From the IMG/VR virus record IMGVR_UViG_3300036945_000458, positions 1,143 through 65,142 of that record: a stretch of DNA of 64,000 bases; one strand, written 5' to 3'. Source of the stretch: a virus (taxonomy: Duplodnaviria > Caudoviricetes). The translations under genes were made by a program, and so were the position numbers. Under the pieces are notes generated by a model. It did no database searches. It was not told where the DNA came from and saw only the letters and a list, made by a program, of their open reading frames with translations. Numbering within the stretch: the first letter of the stretch is position 1; each line of letters begins with the position of its first letter. Below are positions 20,101-27,157 of this stretch, piece by piece.

Positions 20101-21578
20101 AAACACTTGTTAAGGCTGCATTCAGAGCAAGAAAGAATGCTGGTGACTTGTCACTAAGAGATATGTTTGGATATCAAAAAGTAAAATATCCTGATGGAAC
20201 GCCATTGGTTACAGGTAAAGGTGAATATGTTTACAAAATCATAAACCTTTATGGTGATGGTGCATTGTTCTCTGAATACAAGTTGGACTACACACCTTCT
20301 GAGATTGACAATGGTACAATGAAAGTTAAACAGGAATTGAATGACATAGATATCATTGAGTACTATGGTGGTAGAGTAGTTGCTGCTCCTACAATTCAAA
20401 CATTCAGTTCAGAAACTGAACAGCTGTACAGTCAAATGGGTAACATAACTCAATCTGAAAATGTAGTGTTACCAGGAGTAGGTAATTTAGCTGATGTTAC
20501 ATATGAAGGTAAGAACTTCTGGAGTGAAATAGTGCCTGAAGCAAGAAACTGGTATGAAAATCCTAGCAATCCTATCATCATTGCATATAGAGGAAATCGT
20601 AAAAAATCATTCCTTGAAAACTATAAAAGTAATACTATTGGAAATCCATTTGATTGGCAAAAAGAATATGGAACAAGAGACCAACAAGGTGTTATATCTA
20701 CTAAGAAGTTCATCGAGTGGTTGATTACAGGCAATAACTTTGGAGAAGAGAATGCTACAGAAGCATACAGACAAGCATTGGTTAATGATTTCAAATCAGG
20801 TAAATGGAAAAATAATGTAATCCTATACTACCAAGAGAAAAATTATGCAACTCATGCTACAGCTTTAGATTATTTGATAAACAAATATAATTGGAATAGT
20901 AGTGAGCAATCTGCAGAAGAAGAAATTACACCTGAAGAAAATTTACAGTTTGAAATAAATAATCTTATTCAACGAATAGCTGAACTACAAGAAGTACAGA
21001 AAGAACTTAATACTAATAATCTAGAAACAATTGTATTAAACAATCTGCCTCTAATAACTCCAGACTCTGCTAGAAAAGAAACTGGTATGAAAACTGGAAC
21101 TAAAGCAGATATCAAATACACATTATTGAGTGGTAGTGGAGTTACTGTTGATCGAGCTGCTCACAATATATGGCAAAACAATTTTGGAATTGATTCTAAC
21201 GTCACCACGCAAGACATAAGAGATATTATTATTGATATACTATCTTCAGGAAGTAAAGCTAACTACGCTGCTGAAATCAATACATCTAGTGAAGTGCGTC
21301 AATTAAAACAAGACTTGAGAGATTTACAAGATGAACTCTCTTCAATGAAAAAAGCTAAACGTGCTGAGAAAGCAACGAAGCCTGCTTCAAAACAATTGAA
21401 TTTATTTGCAGAAACATTTGATGACATAAAAGATTTTGATCCTAAAAGAAAAGAAGAAATTTTAACTAACTTTGCTGATAAACATAAAATGACTATTGCA
21501 CAAGCTAAAGAATATATTAACAATGGACTTGCTGTAAATAGAGAAGAAGTAATCAACAAACTTAAAGACTGTTACTAA
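8124..21578 (+). CDS. Giant virion-packaged DNA-dependent RNA polymerase (crAss-like two-barrel type) fused to membrane-like N-terminus, zincin protease and DUF4326-like domain
   Basis: 4484 aa. Catalytic loop GSDFDIDKL (DFDIDK at 17748-17765) preceded by GFRIPTQ (about 17625-17645). Zincin HELFH (13614-13628) with EERYADDF downstream. Hydrophobic Gly/Ala helices near the N-terminus. GNPF...HATAL segment near the C-terminus. Confidence 0.9.
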   Translation: MPIFNDELLSGGVNRDTEIVTGPLGSPVTRQLNTNLGGYTPRQAGTGLSLAELAKMRTGNTSDFDSPFQMVPKSELLENKRYALYERDKDLENIYGLQQGWGAQLGNGFVKMAATAVGTFAQSFATIPNTIASIQGGMKELSGGEDGYEGAIDNWLKNIEDIFPNYYTRQEQESPFLAAIPGFSGSANFWGDKIVKNIGFTVGAIGGAVAQDAIVGLATGGIGEIPLIASQIGKASLWLNKIFAGTNKVDRVLDLARAAGKSESQLLTIQKLGQAAAAVKVTNGARYALGLYGSSRTEAAVEARDGFRQVKDELLRQYKVQNFGADPTPAELEEIENTATDAMNTRFGINMALLTVSNAIQFDNLFKSFTVASKSGIQGSITKEIEQAGKIGLKEGSLDVFEQKAATGLAGRVWETVRPKMANIFTEGVYEEGGQFAAERGTYDYYTRKYRDPSKGKNVETWNSLNEVISSTTKGLSDQFNTTQGIENMLVGGISAMITGGIMGKIDQVKGRGKEARLQHAINSLNQYGLTGILDQKYTDTLNAVNIAKEMDEAAKSDNIFKYKNLKHDMFFGFVKSRVSTGMHDVTIEQLNMLKDLSKEEFEKTFGMDFSTSNRETVAAYVDKMISSANNIHDTITALDATFQNPFKNVVNPETPEDVVSAQNFKTFNDWKTDLAYYASVAPDINDRLNSINQDVITINPLLNNDILATLTRSDTLLDLSKQYEEQADQLSKTITDFTTPEDKRRIKNQVKELRTLSEKINLAKNNQNLDLKLFNQLLNFELNGRDSKKDAIIPNEKSLELFKFGVDINRNNILKEEVSDIYDKLSDKEGFEKYFAQAQDIANQAVPEPETIDTEAEEVTDPVYDFKNSKGVAESPEIGREYELPSVKSAKVRKMGEDRFKVTAPNGDVTFYPTREKAKEVADEMNMDLADLTKVKVIATNPDGTVKVEDLAGNIQNISPAQLAGYERLQSDQEKLTKDKEQLDEEQKKIELDSPEVATGDPTTEVINTQEVTVTLEPIEESYLKDESIYFISGTSPSENESNSENAAIHIRNSREFLNNAKNFKNRDNLRAIMVTAKQLEALNLNGVAQISYGVPLDTPLSDIQDIFDVDKGLVLQLFVDQDEQTGELHVVNKNGERIGKLGDEGINVADAIFQTMPTTELYYTYTDPKTGQRVPRFRENQRATFERRAKAWEAKRRELFNAPGKSYKIFSFTISRGLPFTARDNNGQFKRSVVGGVLIPEEVIPKIETLIQFSKEGTVSHQGRLISFPTGRPVLQYGDTLEFLNNTKFGRTKAIVIYEIIKAMADDIKAKSDANQKVTINPVFTNFLQNLLYWKKGGATQNQIYVDTIGMNISLGGVNYPITQIADYAKQIVDQLTDTYHNVNGNTLKFNFHKPFIEYYIEDNQIKNRQWTNYQEYLLGSKTPDGKSRNEETTPLVTNTLPPTSSVPYTHKQKYATMNDLDLPIQNIPETEAPAPPVAPTPAAPAAATTSTKIGEYEMNGQTPNTFPFASGPVEFTGTVDAQGNIAVDVKSNDTIKNAAENAATLATIDNVLQQTGKFNAEDSAEERVATFVADKLIVELVNLQKAEAAKAEQQKPEEKKEEVSDIEAKKADIEKRKREELAKLSEPRPVTLKEEDLPEDMPEKGRHAVYRLLLDFAASIYRVDPISEEALLNDEGYYWLQKLGGNSYQFIGKPRMAYKKLLEEKEQIDSSLYKRDKEEIIAKYNAELAALEGKEVQPPINDKPLDTDEIESIDDPYMRVANGDLKKGVMDSNDVEILKAWQAENLQGIPLEILENLVNTFDNEKAFGVFEDGVAKFYKAGPRSAPYHELFHAIWRNFLTPEQREALTQEFRNKSGKFTDRASGKKINYADATDEQVEERYADDFGEFKAGKLPARTLTERVLKFFRNIIEFVKKFVGKPSLKKDLFKAINEGKFKDYKLPENVKEQAPAYMRIPGLTESQVYEIVEDMKVHTSGYIFGKDKKALYNIKEITGQQIYDRLVDVYKQKKIYDQLGEERFNQLFIRLTESFRPMRININAEEVASINDENSSSTLYAPEPFSVDSKKNAPFAIKFIASTLPQTIPMNQENSSMLEMPKRLETAKLKSFKLVPFSKVYATLMNKLSNTSNVKLLEKRLLELAKAESEYVRFYKNIGGDIENGYIPFENFKDEDWKLFIEFYQTFTKQKPEALVQYVMEDEVFTAPANQFTASKEVERTWFDTMKTISKDRKSLIKLDNKIYKVDVNAFPTSVPKTAEEMIAFLETLGVDFPIQEYKKLKLTKLSTDKKSDRDRFSDAVSGIYTYLKKTPDIATIKGKTLGINNQLSILSGLYVKVTNPITENTHYGVEGNKLQDYTESNAPSVFENEFNESANLEQLKKLRPELNDVFSENSVVLKSGGEFYNKDGEKIKSFKVSYIEGEKNTNTDKGTVTTNLSLGRRFTQELNQNLNGRYYILIPAESATEWEINLGNHVSFSDLKSNKGWTQVYKIFDGYLSDEIGLALDADNREKLKSVGNKAKELRFMKDILPDIIVKNLHSMLASDTVPRADIDQYVKDNADAIHQSVKAFILSTVEDTKGELINNNQIRRRESGYIYRNLDNTFINRENETSADKLNKSDLTEEDLNNVLTFANVNYIINNIELHKILFGDPYQFAVKNGKLDETKRIKSFLSPRRITFDTPEYNTFLNTKEYSRAGEIELEAPNAEKGTFGDLGYHLHKPYANTVTLQDVDIVGSVALMEGVSQELKDAFSRTNEADAASIIKDLTYREVKLKNRQWSNEAEEWHQWQMAWTRQNHPEYKYTNEALRKQDEKLVESPEPKYTLDVLKPIVTGNKYNKNYFNQVLDKFSQMPMYYSMVKGTNLEKLYTKMWKEDTDYVIMQSGRKEGIEEMHPLYVDGQFNDAAFNNNIQVPWKAYGIQVENAYEGVKSQTRGSQMIKIISMDMFDAGEEVMPGAKQEYDRYNRILDAVHQNAYNTLISELGLEDLGTSFRLVNNDSIARTLQAELFKRELSENAKDTLKRDANGEFVIPFEASPMYKKIKDVLYSMIEKSLLSPKMSGSSHVQAPVTLWENAKKGRELVLARRDDKGKLISYSKISREEFEKLSEEKKKDVKLTSGALKFYENEDGKRHCEVLIPAWFKDKLKGKFKSDKELMTYLNNHPDGKKILSGIGFRIPTQATSSIDVFVVKGFLPAYMGTTVIVPSEITTKSGSDFDIDKLNMYLKSIYIDAKGDIQLVSYKGSEEATKEFYSKVYDDTIKAEIEKIRKSDNYREDLYKILDTLETNSLLSKEQKKFYDTHETVINEIISQADDLDMIPSEYILKQITNQAQKEVKATEKLLDSTFKEKFVNDMYKKSLENELYDSMEKLLTLPQNFLRLISPVTDGGLSKVADEMDALVGYDESKIKNRLLSRTYMTTLRHQYLIAKKWVGIAATNITGNSNAQKSKVIIDLDRVYNRLNYQDQQVLYNDKILLPHNTVDVDGKSYATISKIKVANSDKYISDRLSGYATSFVDVANNPFIMKIVKSNLIVSTFMFLERIGAGEHTIFFLNQPIIAEYLKYLDNIDSKSLFSRGNIDNFTTSFFMDKNVSSEIKPIQGNEFYDLDNLKQNIKDYYATDGKSLTPEKAREQNLIFDEFLKYAKMAEHLFDFSQATNYDTSRFRSGESFRRKRLRTQIAREKNIFTSVDNLFKSTFLGKQKDLVEKSMQSMGAIFKLEEDRFSIITDSVLRPFQENKYLSNDDFDTIASKVKASFLDYIVQVKLGMNTPALLTGENSVASQLLKAREANKDVKILHDLEPTLSDRIDGAKSIRLRANLKEASDENLFIEMMRELKEINPTLFNNIIKVARLQGSYQSAISINNVMPVDDFAEDIKGIFNTLVASDDIRAFKNGWFQRNNWKDDAIFPELKNTKFAFPVDNAGAIVDEPIGEDPYGNLIYQYTSNLFPYIPSLGVDASNRGILLLHSKYDTFNGANEDYLKVPRVVQLPGTEEQIDLTTGQTLVKAAFRARKNAGDLSLRDMFGYQKVKYPDGTPLVTGKGEYVYKIINLYGDGALFSEYKLDYTPSEIDNGTMKVKQELNDIDIIEYYGGRVVAAPTIQTFSSETEQLYSQMGNITQSENVVLPGVGNLADVTYEGKNFWSEIVPEARNWYENPSNPIIIAYRGNRKKSFLENYKSNTIGNPFDWQKEYGTRDQQGVISTKKFIEWLITGNNFGEENATEAYRQALVNDFKSGKWKNNVILYYQEKNYATHATALDYLINKYNWNSSEQSAEEEITPEENLQFEINNLIQRIAELQEVQKELNTNNLETIVLNNLPLITPDSARKETGMKTGTKADIKYTLLSGSGVTVDRAAHNIWQNNFGIDSNVTTQDIRDIIIDILSSGSKANYAAEINTSSEVRQLKQDLRDLQDELSSMKKAKRAEKATKPASKQLNLFAETFDDIKDFDPKRKEEILTNFADKHKMTIAQAKEYINNGLAVNREEVINKLKDCY

Positions 21579-24500
21579 TGGCTTGTATAAATCCAAATGA
21601 TCCAGCATACCAAGAAATCTTGGCTAGAGTAGGTAATCCTATTCTAGCTGAGATTGAATTTGATAAACAACAACAGATTAAGTCAGGTGTAGAGAAACTG
21701 TTTGAGTCTAATCCTGAATTAGCTAATCAAGTATATGATGCTTCAGGGTTTCAAGTTAATGCAATAGAATCAAATATAGAAAATGCAACAATAGGAATAA
21801 CCTCACAACAAAAAGAACAAGCTATACAACAATACTCTCAATACTTAAACTCTATATTTCCAGATAGTAAAGTGAAGGATATTGTTTATCATACAACATT
21901 TAAAGAATTTAAAGGGGATAAATTTAATAAACCATCTGAAGAATCTTTAACTAAAGGGGCAGATGATGGTATTTATTTTAGTAAAAATCCAAATTATTAC
22001 ACTAGTGAAGGAAATAAAATTGCAAGTATTTTAGAGTTAAAAAACCCAATGAAATATAGTCATGGAGTTTTTATGAACGCTATAGATGCTTCTGGTTATA
22101 GACAAGTAGAAGGTTCTGATGGTTTTATTACATATTTAAAAGAATATGGAGCTGATATAAATGCTGTTAAACCTCAATTTCCAGATATTGACCCTAATGA
22201 TTTTTCCAAAGAAGAATTGGAAGAAATAGAAAATAATTATGAAAAAGAATTAAATGCTTGGAAAGATTTAGTAAATAAAGAGGAATTAGTATTTGCAACA
22301 GTATTTGAACCAGAACAAATTCATATATTAGGAACTCAGAAAGACATGAATGACTTTAAAGATTTCCTAAATGATGAACAACCTCTATACCAATTATCTG
22401 ATTCAAAAACAATAAGCTCTCAAGCTTCTCCTAAAACTATTGCTATTGTAAAAGACTTCCTAACACGTATTGGTGTTGATTTTGGATCAGTAAAAGAAAT
22501 AGTTGTCAATGGTCAGAAGATAGATGCTAATGGTGTTGCTAGAATCACACAGGCATTAGTTCAAGTGTTGGAGGGTAAAGAAGCTACAGCACTTCCTGAA
22601 GAAGCTATGCACTTTGCTGTTGAGATTATTCAACAGACAAACCCTAAACTCTTCAATCAGTTATTAAAAGAGATAAACAGTTACTCTGTATATAACGAAG
22701 TGTTAGCAGAGTATAGCAAGAACAAATACTACCAAACAAAAGATGGTAAACCAGACATATTAAAACTAAAGAAAGAAGCTATAGGTAAAGTGTTAGCTGA
22801 AACAATAATCAATCAATCTGAAGGATTTACAGAAAGACCTGAGTTGTTAGCTAAAGTACAAACATGGTGGCAGAAAATTCTTGACATAATATCAAACCTA
22901 TTTGCAAAAAGTGGATTTGATAGATTTGCTATGGACATCCTATCAGGAAAAGAGATAGGAACTGTCAATGATTTAGTGAAAACAAAGTCAGAAGAAATAT
23001 ATCTTCAACAAGATCCTCAGCAAAAAGTAATAGATGATTTAAAATCTACATCTGCTAAGATTGAAAAAAGAGATGAAGTTTATTACATAGATGACAAAAA
23101 GATTAACAGAAGGGTTACAGAACTTGTAGATGATTGGTATCGTAGAAGATATGGTGACAACAGTTTACTTAAGACTGAGTATCAACAAGCAGTGGATGAT
23201 CTTAAAGCTGAGAAAGGAACAGCAGGGCACAATGACCTTGAACATGCTGCAAAATTATATCTTAATGAAGATGGCTCACTAAAAACTAAAGATGAGATGG
23301 ATGCTGCAGAAATTGATGACGTATATCAATCTCTTATTGATCCTACTGACCAATCAATGTATCAGCTCCTTAGAACTAATATGAGACAACGATTGGAATC
23401 ATTTCCATCAGGAACTAAGTTCTTACTTGAGCAAAAGATATATGATCCTAATAGAAGTATTGCAGGTACTGTCGATTTCTTAGCAATTACTCCTGAAGGT
23501 AAAGTGAGTATCCTTGACTGGAAGTTTATGAATCTAAATACAGATGCATACACTGATGTTCCTTGGTATAAAGTTTTAGCATGGCAGTTACAGATGAATC
23601 AGTACAAATTGATTCTTCAAAATGCCTATGGTGTAAAGTCACAAGACTTTCAACAAACAAGGATGATTCCTATTCAAGCAATCTACAGTGACCAGAATTC
23701 TAAAACAGGTGAGATACCAAAACTTCTTCGTATAAGAATAGGAGACGTAGATGTTAAAAACATTACAGATGACTTCTTACTTCCTGTAGCATTGAAAGAT
23801 GAGAAAACAGGTAAGAGAAAGATAGATGAGTTGATAACAAAATTAAATGCTCTCTATGAAAACATTTCTGCTAAGTCAGTAACTGATGAAGAGAAGCTTG
23901 CTAAGAATGAGCAGTTGAACACTTTGTTTACAGCAATAAGACGTTTACAAATTCAACAAGATGTCACTCCATTGATCAGACAAGCTCAAGTTTTAATTGT
24001 ATCTACTCAGTCCATAATTGATAAATACGAACAAAAGTATAAAGATAGAGATCCAAAAACTTTTACAAATCAAGAGATTAATGATTTTAGTGGAGAGGTA
24101 CAAGATTCTCTTTCTGCTATAGATGTTTATACAAAACTTTATTCTAACTTAAAAGAAATCATACAAGACGATCCTGATTCTGCAGAATTATTAGAAGACC
24201 TTAGAAAGGTATCTGATAAAGCTATTGATTTTGAATCTGAACTTCAATACATTCTTAGGGAATTCACAGCAAATATCACAGCTAAAAAAGAAAATGTAAG
24301 TAACCTATTGTTACCTGAGAAGGTTATAAAAGGTATCACTAAACTATTCTCTACTACATCTAAACTTCAAACTAAAGCAATACAATTCATTTATAAAAAA
24401 GCCAATAAGGCATTTGGTTATTCTGCACAAGACACTCTTACAGAGAATAAAAAACTTATGGAGTTGAAGAAGAACTATGATGCATGGGCTAGATCAAAAG

Positions 24501-27022
24501 GACTATCTCTTAAGAATTATTTTAGCATGATTAAGAAAGCTGGTAGCAATGAGTTGATTGACCAATTTGATCCAGAATTCTATACACTTCTCAAAGATAA
24601 AACTAAGAACAAAGACTATGAGTGGGTTAGAGAGAACATAGATATTCCTGAATACAATGCGCATATTAGAGAAGAGCTTCAGAAAGAGATAGATAGACTT
24701 ATAAATAAACCTAGAATTCTTACACAAGATGAGCAAGATGGTTTAGATCAATATCGTTCTTCAGGAAATGAGGTTACACTTCCTAGAGAAATACAATTAG
24801 AAATAAATACTGCTCGTGCATTATATAACACTTCTACAACAACTTCTCCAGGATGGTTATTAACTAAGCAATTGACTAAGTTTCCTAAAAAAGATAAGTG
24901 GACAACTTCTGAATGGACTGAATTAAATAAACCAGAGAATGCTCCTGCTAAAGCATTCTATGATTATATTATAGAGAAAAATACAGAGTATGCTGATTTA
25001 AATTACATTGGTAAAGGAGATGTGAACACCTTTCTTCCATTTGTAAGAAAAAGTCTTGCAGAGAAATTTATAATTGGAGGAGACATTAGACTTGGAGAAC
25101 AATTCTTCAGAAGTATTTCTGTTGATGAAGGTGATATAGGATATGGTGAATTAGACAAACTAACTGGAAAACCTATCAACAAGATTCCTAAATACTTTAC
25201 AAGAGAGTTAGATGGCGAAACTAGTGATGACCTTTTCAGAACTATGGCATTCTATAACGAGTCTGCTATTAGATACAAATACTTAAAAGAGATTGAGAAT
25301 CAAATTAGCGCAGTGCTAGCTGTAGAAAGAAATAAACAATCTATTGCTACATCAGTATTTGGTAAATCTCGTATTGAGAATGGAGAGTTAATATACAATG
25401 ATGAGAATAATGAAAACTCAAAACTTGCTGAAGCAATGATGAGAGCAATTATTTACAATCAACGTTATTTAGAAAGTGATACATTTGATCAGCTTCTTGG
25501 TAAACTTGGAAAATGGGGAGAAACATTTAATTCAAAAATGGGAGTTAAAATTTTTCCAGAAAATCTTTCTGAGAGACAGATGAGTATCAACAAGGTGATT
25601 GATCAATTAAATAATATATTCCAACTTACAACACTAGGATTGAACGTATTGTCTGCATCTTCCAACTTCTTTGGAGGTAATGCTCAGTCAATCATTAATG
25701 CTGGTATATACTTTACAAAAACAGATTACTTAGCTGCAGAAGGAATGATTTTTATGGATAAGTTTTCTAGCCAAGATCAAAAGAAAATGATTGGGGCTCT
25801 AGAATACTTTCTTCCTCTTACAGAAAACTACAACAGAGAGATTGCAAAAAGTCTATCCTTAAACAAACTTAGTCAAGAGAACATTCAGGACTTCTTAATG
25901 ATCTTAATGAGAAAGACAGACCTTAATGTTCAGACAGCAAACTTCTATGCGTATTTAAAAAATTCAATTGTTGTAGATGGTAGAGTTGAGAATGCAAGAG
26001 AATACCTTAGAGCTCAACCAAAATATGCAGACAAATACAGTCTAACAGCAGAAGAAAGAAAAACATTAGAAGAAGATTTTGAGAAAGATGTTAAGAAACT
26101 TGTTGATGAACAAGGGGTATTAACTCTTGGTAAAGTAGAGAACGATGAATTTATTATTCCTGGTGTTGATAGAAAAGATGATTCTGTATTGGAATTAAGA
26201 AGAAAAGTACAACAGCTTAGTAAAGATGCTCTTGGTAACTTATCAGAAGATGATCTTAGAATGATTAACATGACTGTTTATGGAAAGTCTTTCATGATCT
26301 TCAAGAACTGGATTCCTAGACTTGCTGAGGTGAGACTTGGTAATCTTCAATATGATTCAGCTAGCGATGCGTATGAGTGGGGTAGAGTTAGAACTGTATT
26401 TAGTATTATGTCCAAAGACATATTAGGTAGTATTGGTAATCTACGTAACTCTTTAGTTGCAAATGAAAAAGGTGTTGAGTTCTTGAGAAAGTTATACGAA
26501 GAAAAAGCTCAACAACATAAACAAGAAACAGGTGAAGATTTGAATATGACTGAAGCTCAGTTTATAGATCTTGTAAGAAAGAATGTTAGAAACCAAATGT
26601 ATGACGTTGTATTCTATATAACATTATTTATTCTTGTTGCAGGAATCAAAGGGCTTCCAGATGATGAAGAGGATCCAATAGTTAAGAATCAATACAAATT
26701 TATTGTAAAAGCTGCTGATAAATTCAAAGATGAGATTGCATACTTCTATGATCCAACAAGTATCTCTACCTTGTTTTCAAAAGGATTATTTCCTTCATTA
26801 GGGCTAGTGGATAACTTTACAAAACTTTTCAAAAACTTTATGATAGAGAACTGGGCACTTGCTACAGGGGATGAAGAAACAGTTAAGAAAAACCAAGTGA
26901 TTAAATATTTAATGAAATCTTTTCCAATATCTAATCAAATGGTAGGATATTTGCCAATGTTTTATCCAGAGCTTGCAAAAGACATGGGAATCAAAATGCA
27001 GAAAAACTATGGTATACGATAG
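21578..27022 (+). CDS. Large polyvalent virion/ejection protein (ART-PolyVal-like domain, degenerate zincin, PD-(D/E)xK nuclease domain)
   Basis: 1814 aa, TAATG-coupled to the RNAP gene. DIVYHTT..F..F...GIYFS (ART-like), LPEEAMHF (HExxH-like), EQKIYD...IAGTVDFLAITPEGKVSILDWKF...QLQMNQY (PD-(D/E)xK), hydrophobic helix VVFYITLFILVAGI near the C-terminus. Confidence 0.75.
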   Translation: MACINPNDPAYQEILARVGNPILAEIEFDKQQQIKSGVEKLFESNPELANQVYDASGFQVNAIESNIENATIGITSQQKEQAIQQYSQYLNSIFPDSKVKDIVYHTTFKEFKGDKFNKPSEESLTKGADDGIYFSKNPNYYTSEGNKIASILELKNPMKYSHGVFMNAIDASGYRQVEGSDGFITYLKEYGADINAVKPQFPDIDPNDFSKEELEEIENNYEKELNAWKDLVNKEELVFATVFEPEQIHILGTQKDMNDFKDFLNDEQPLYQLSDSKTISSQASPKTIAIVKDFLTRIGVDFGSVKEIVVNGQKIDANGVARITQALVQVLEGKEATALPEEAMHFAVEIIQQTNPKLFNQLLKEINSYSVYNEVLAEYSKNKYYQTKDGKPDILKLKKEAIGKVLAETIINQSEGFTERPELLAKVQTWWQKILDIISNLFAKSGFDRFAMDILSGKEIGTVNDLVKTKSEEIYLQQDPQQKVIDDLKSTSAKIEKRDEVYYIDDKKINRRVTELVDDWYRRRYGDNSLLKTEYQQAVDDLKAEKGTAGHNDLEHAAKLYLNEDGSLKTKDEMDAAEIDDVYQSLIDPTDQSMYQLLRTNMRQRLESFPSGTKFLLEQKIYDPNRSIAGTVDFLAITPEGKVSILDWKFMNLNTDAYTDVPWYKVLAWQLQMNQYKLILQNAYGVKSQDFQQTRMIPIQAIYSDQNSKTGEIPKLLRIRIGDVDVKNITDDFLLPVALKDEKTGKRKIDELITKLNALYENISAKSVTDEEKLAKNEQLNTLFTAIRRLQIQQDVTPLIRQAQVLIVSTQSIIDKYEQKYKDRDPKTFTNQEINDFSGEVQDSLSAIDVYTKLYSNLKEIIQDDPDSAELLEDLRKVSDKAIDFESELQYILREFTANITAKKENVSNLLLPEKVIKGITKLFSTTSKLQTKAIQFIYKKANKAFGYSAQDTLTENKKLMELKKNYDAWARSKGLSLKNYFSMIKKAGSNELIDQFDPEFYTLLKDKTKNKDYEWVRENIDIPEYNAHIREELQKEIDRLINKPRILTQDEQDGLDQYRSSGNEVTLPREIQLEINTARALYNTSTTTSPGWLLTKQLTKFPKKDKWTTSEWTELNKPENAPAKAFYDYIIEKNTEYADLNYIGKGDVNTFLPFVRKSLAEKFIIGGDIRLGEQFFRSISVDEGDIGYGELDKLTGKPINKIPKYFTRELDGETSDDLFRTMAFYNESAIRYKYLKEIENQISAVLAVERNKQSIATSVFGKSRIENGELIYNDENNENSKLAEAMMRAIIYNQRYLESDTFDQLLGKLGKWGETFNSKMGVKIFPENLSERQMSINKVIDQLNNIFQLTTLGLNVLSASSNFFGGNAQSIINAGIYFTKTDYLAAEGMIFMDKFSSQDQKKMIGALEYFLPLTENYNREIAKSLSLNKLSQENIQDFLMILMRKTDLNVQTANFYAYLKNSIVVDGRVENAREYLRAQPKYADKYSLTAEERKTLEEDFEKDVKKLVDEQGVLTLGKVENDEFIIPGVDRKDDSVLELRRKVQQLSKDALGNLSEDDLRMINMTVYGKSFMIFKNWIPRLAEVRLGNLQYDSASDAYEWGRVRTVFSIMSKDILGSIGNLRNSLVANEKGVEFLRKLYEEKAQQHKQETGEDLNMTEAQFIDLVRKNVRNQMYDVVFYITLFILVAGIKGLPDDEEDPIVKNQYKFIVKAADKFKDEIAYFYDPTSISTLFSKGLFPSLGLVDNFTKLFKNFMIENWALATGDEETVKKNQVIKYLMKSFPISNQMVGYLPMFYPELAKDMGIKMQKNYGIR

Positions 27023-27074
27023 CTATATTATAGCATTTATTTTATATTAAAATGTAGAATAATACATATAAATT

Positions 27075-27086
27075 ATTACATTTGCT
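27075..27086 (+). promoter_or_regulatory. Promoter -7 element upstream of the lysis cassette (ATTACATTTGCT)
   Basis: TACATTTG at 27077-27084; the 12-mer ATTACATTTGCT is identical to that at 5408-5419. Confidence 0.6.
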
Positions 27087-27157
27087 TACTTCGAATTAAT
27101 CGTTTTTATCAAGGGAGAGAGTGGAAAATTAGTTACAAACTATAACATCATTCTTAA

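Noticed and set aside
8124-21578. Inteins in the giant RNAP
   Set aside because: No Cys-initiated splicing block, HN-(C/S/T) junction in an intein context or LAGLIDADG motif recognised; the protein has only two Cys.
21570-21585. Programmed frameshift or read-through fusing the 4484-aa and 1814-aa ORFs
   Set aside because: The junction is an ordinary TAATG overlap like many others here, with no slippery heptamer.
27023-27157. tRNA or structured ncRNA in intergenic gaps (also 5345-5454, 39773-39830, 46464-46545)
   Set aside because: No cloverleaf, T-loop GTTC motif or convincing stems seen by eye; tRNAscan-SE/Infernal would be needed to exclude them.
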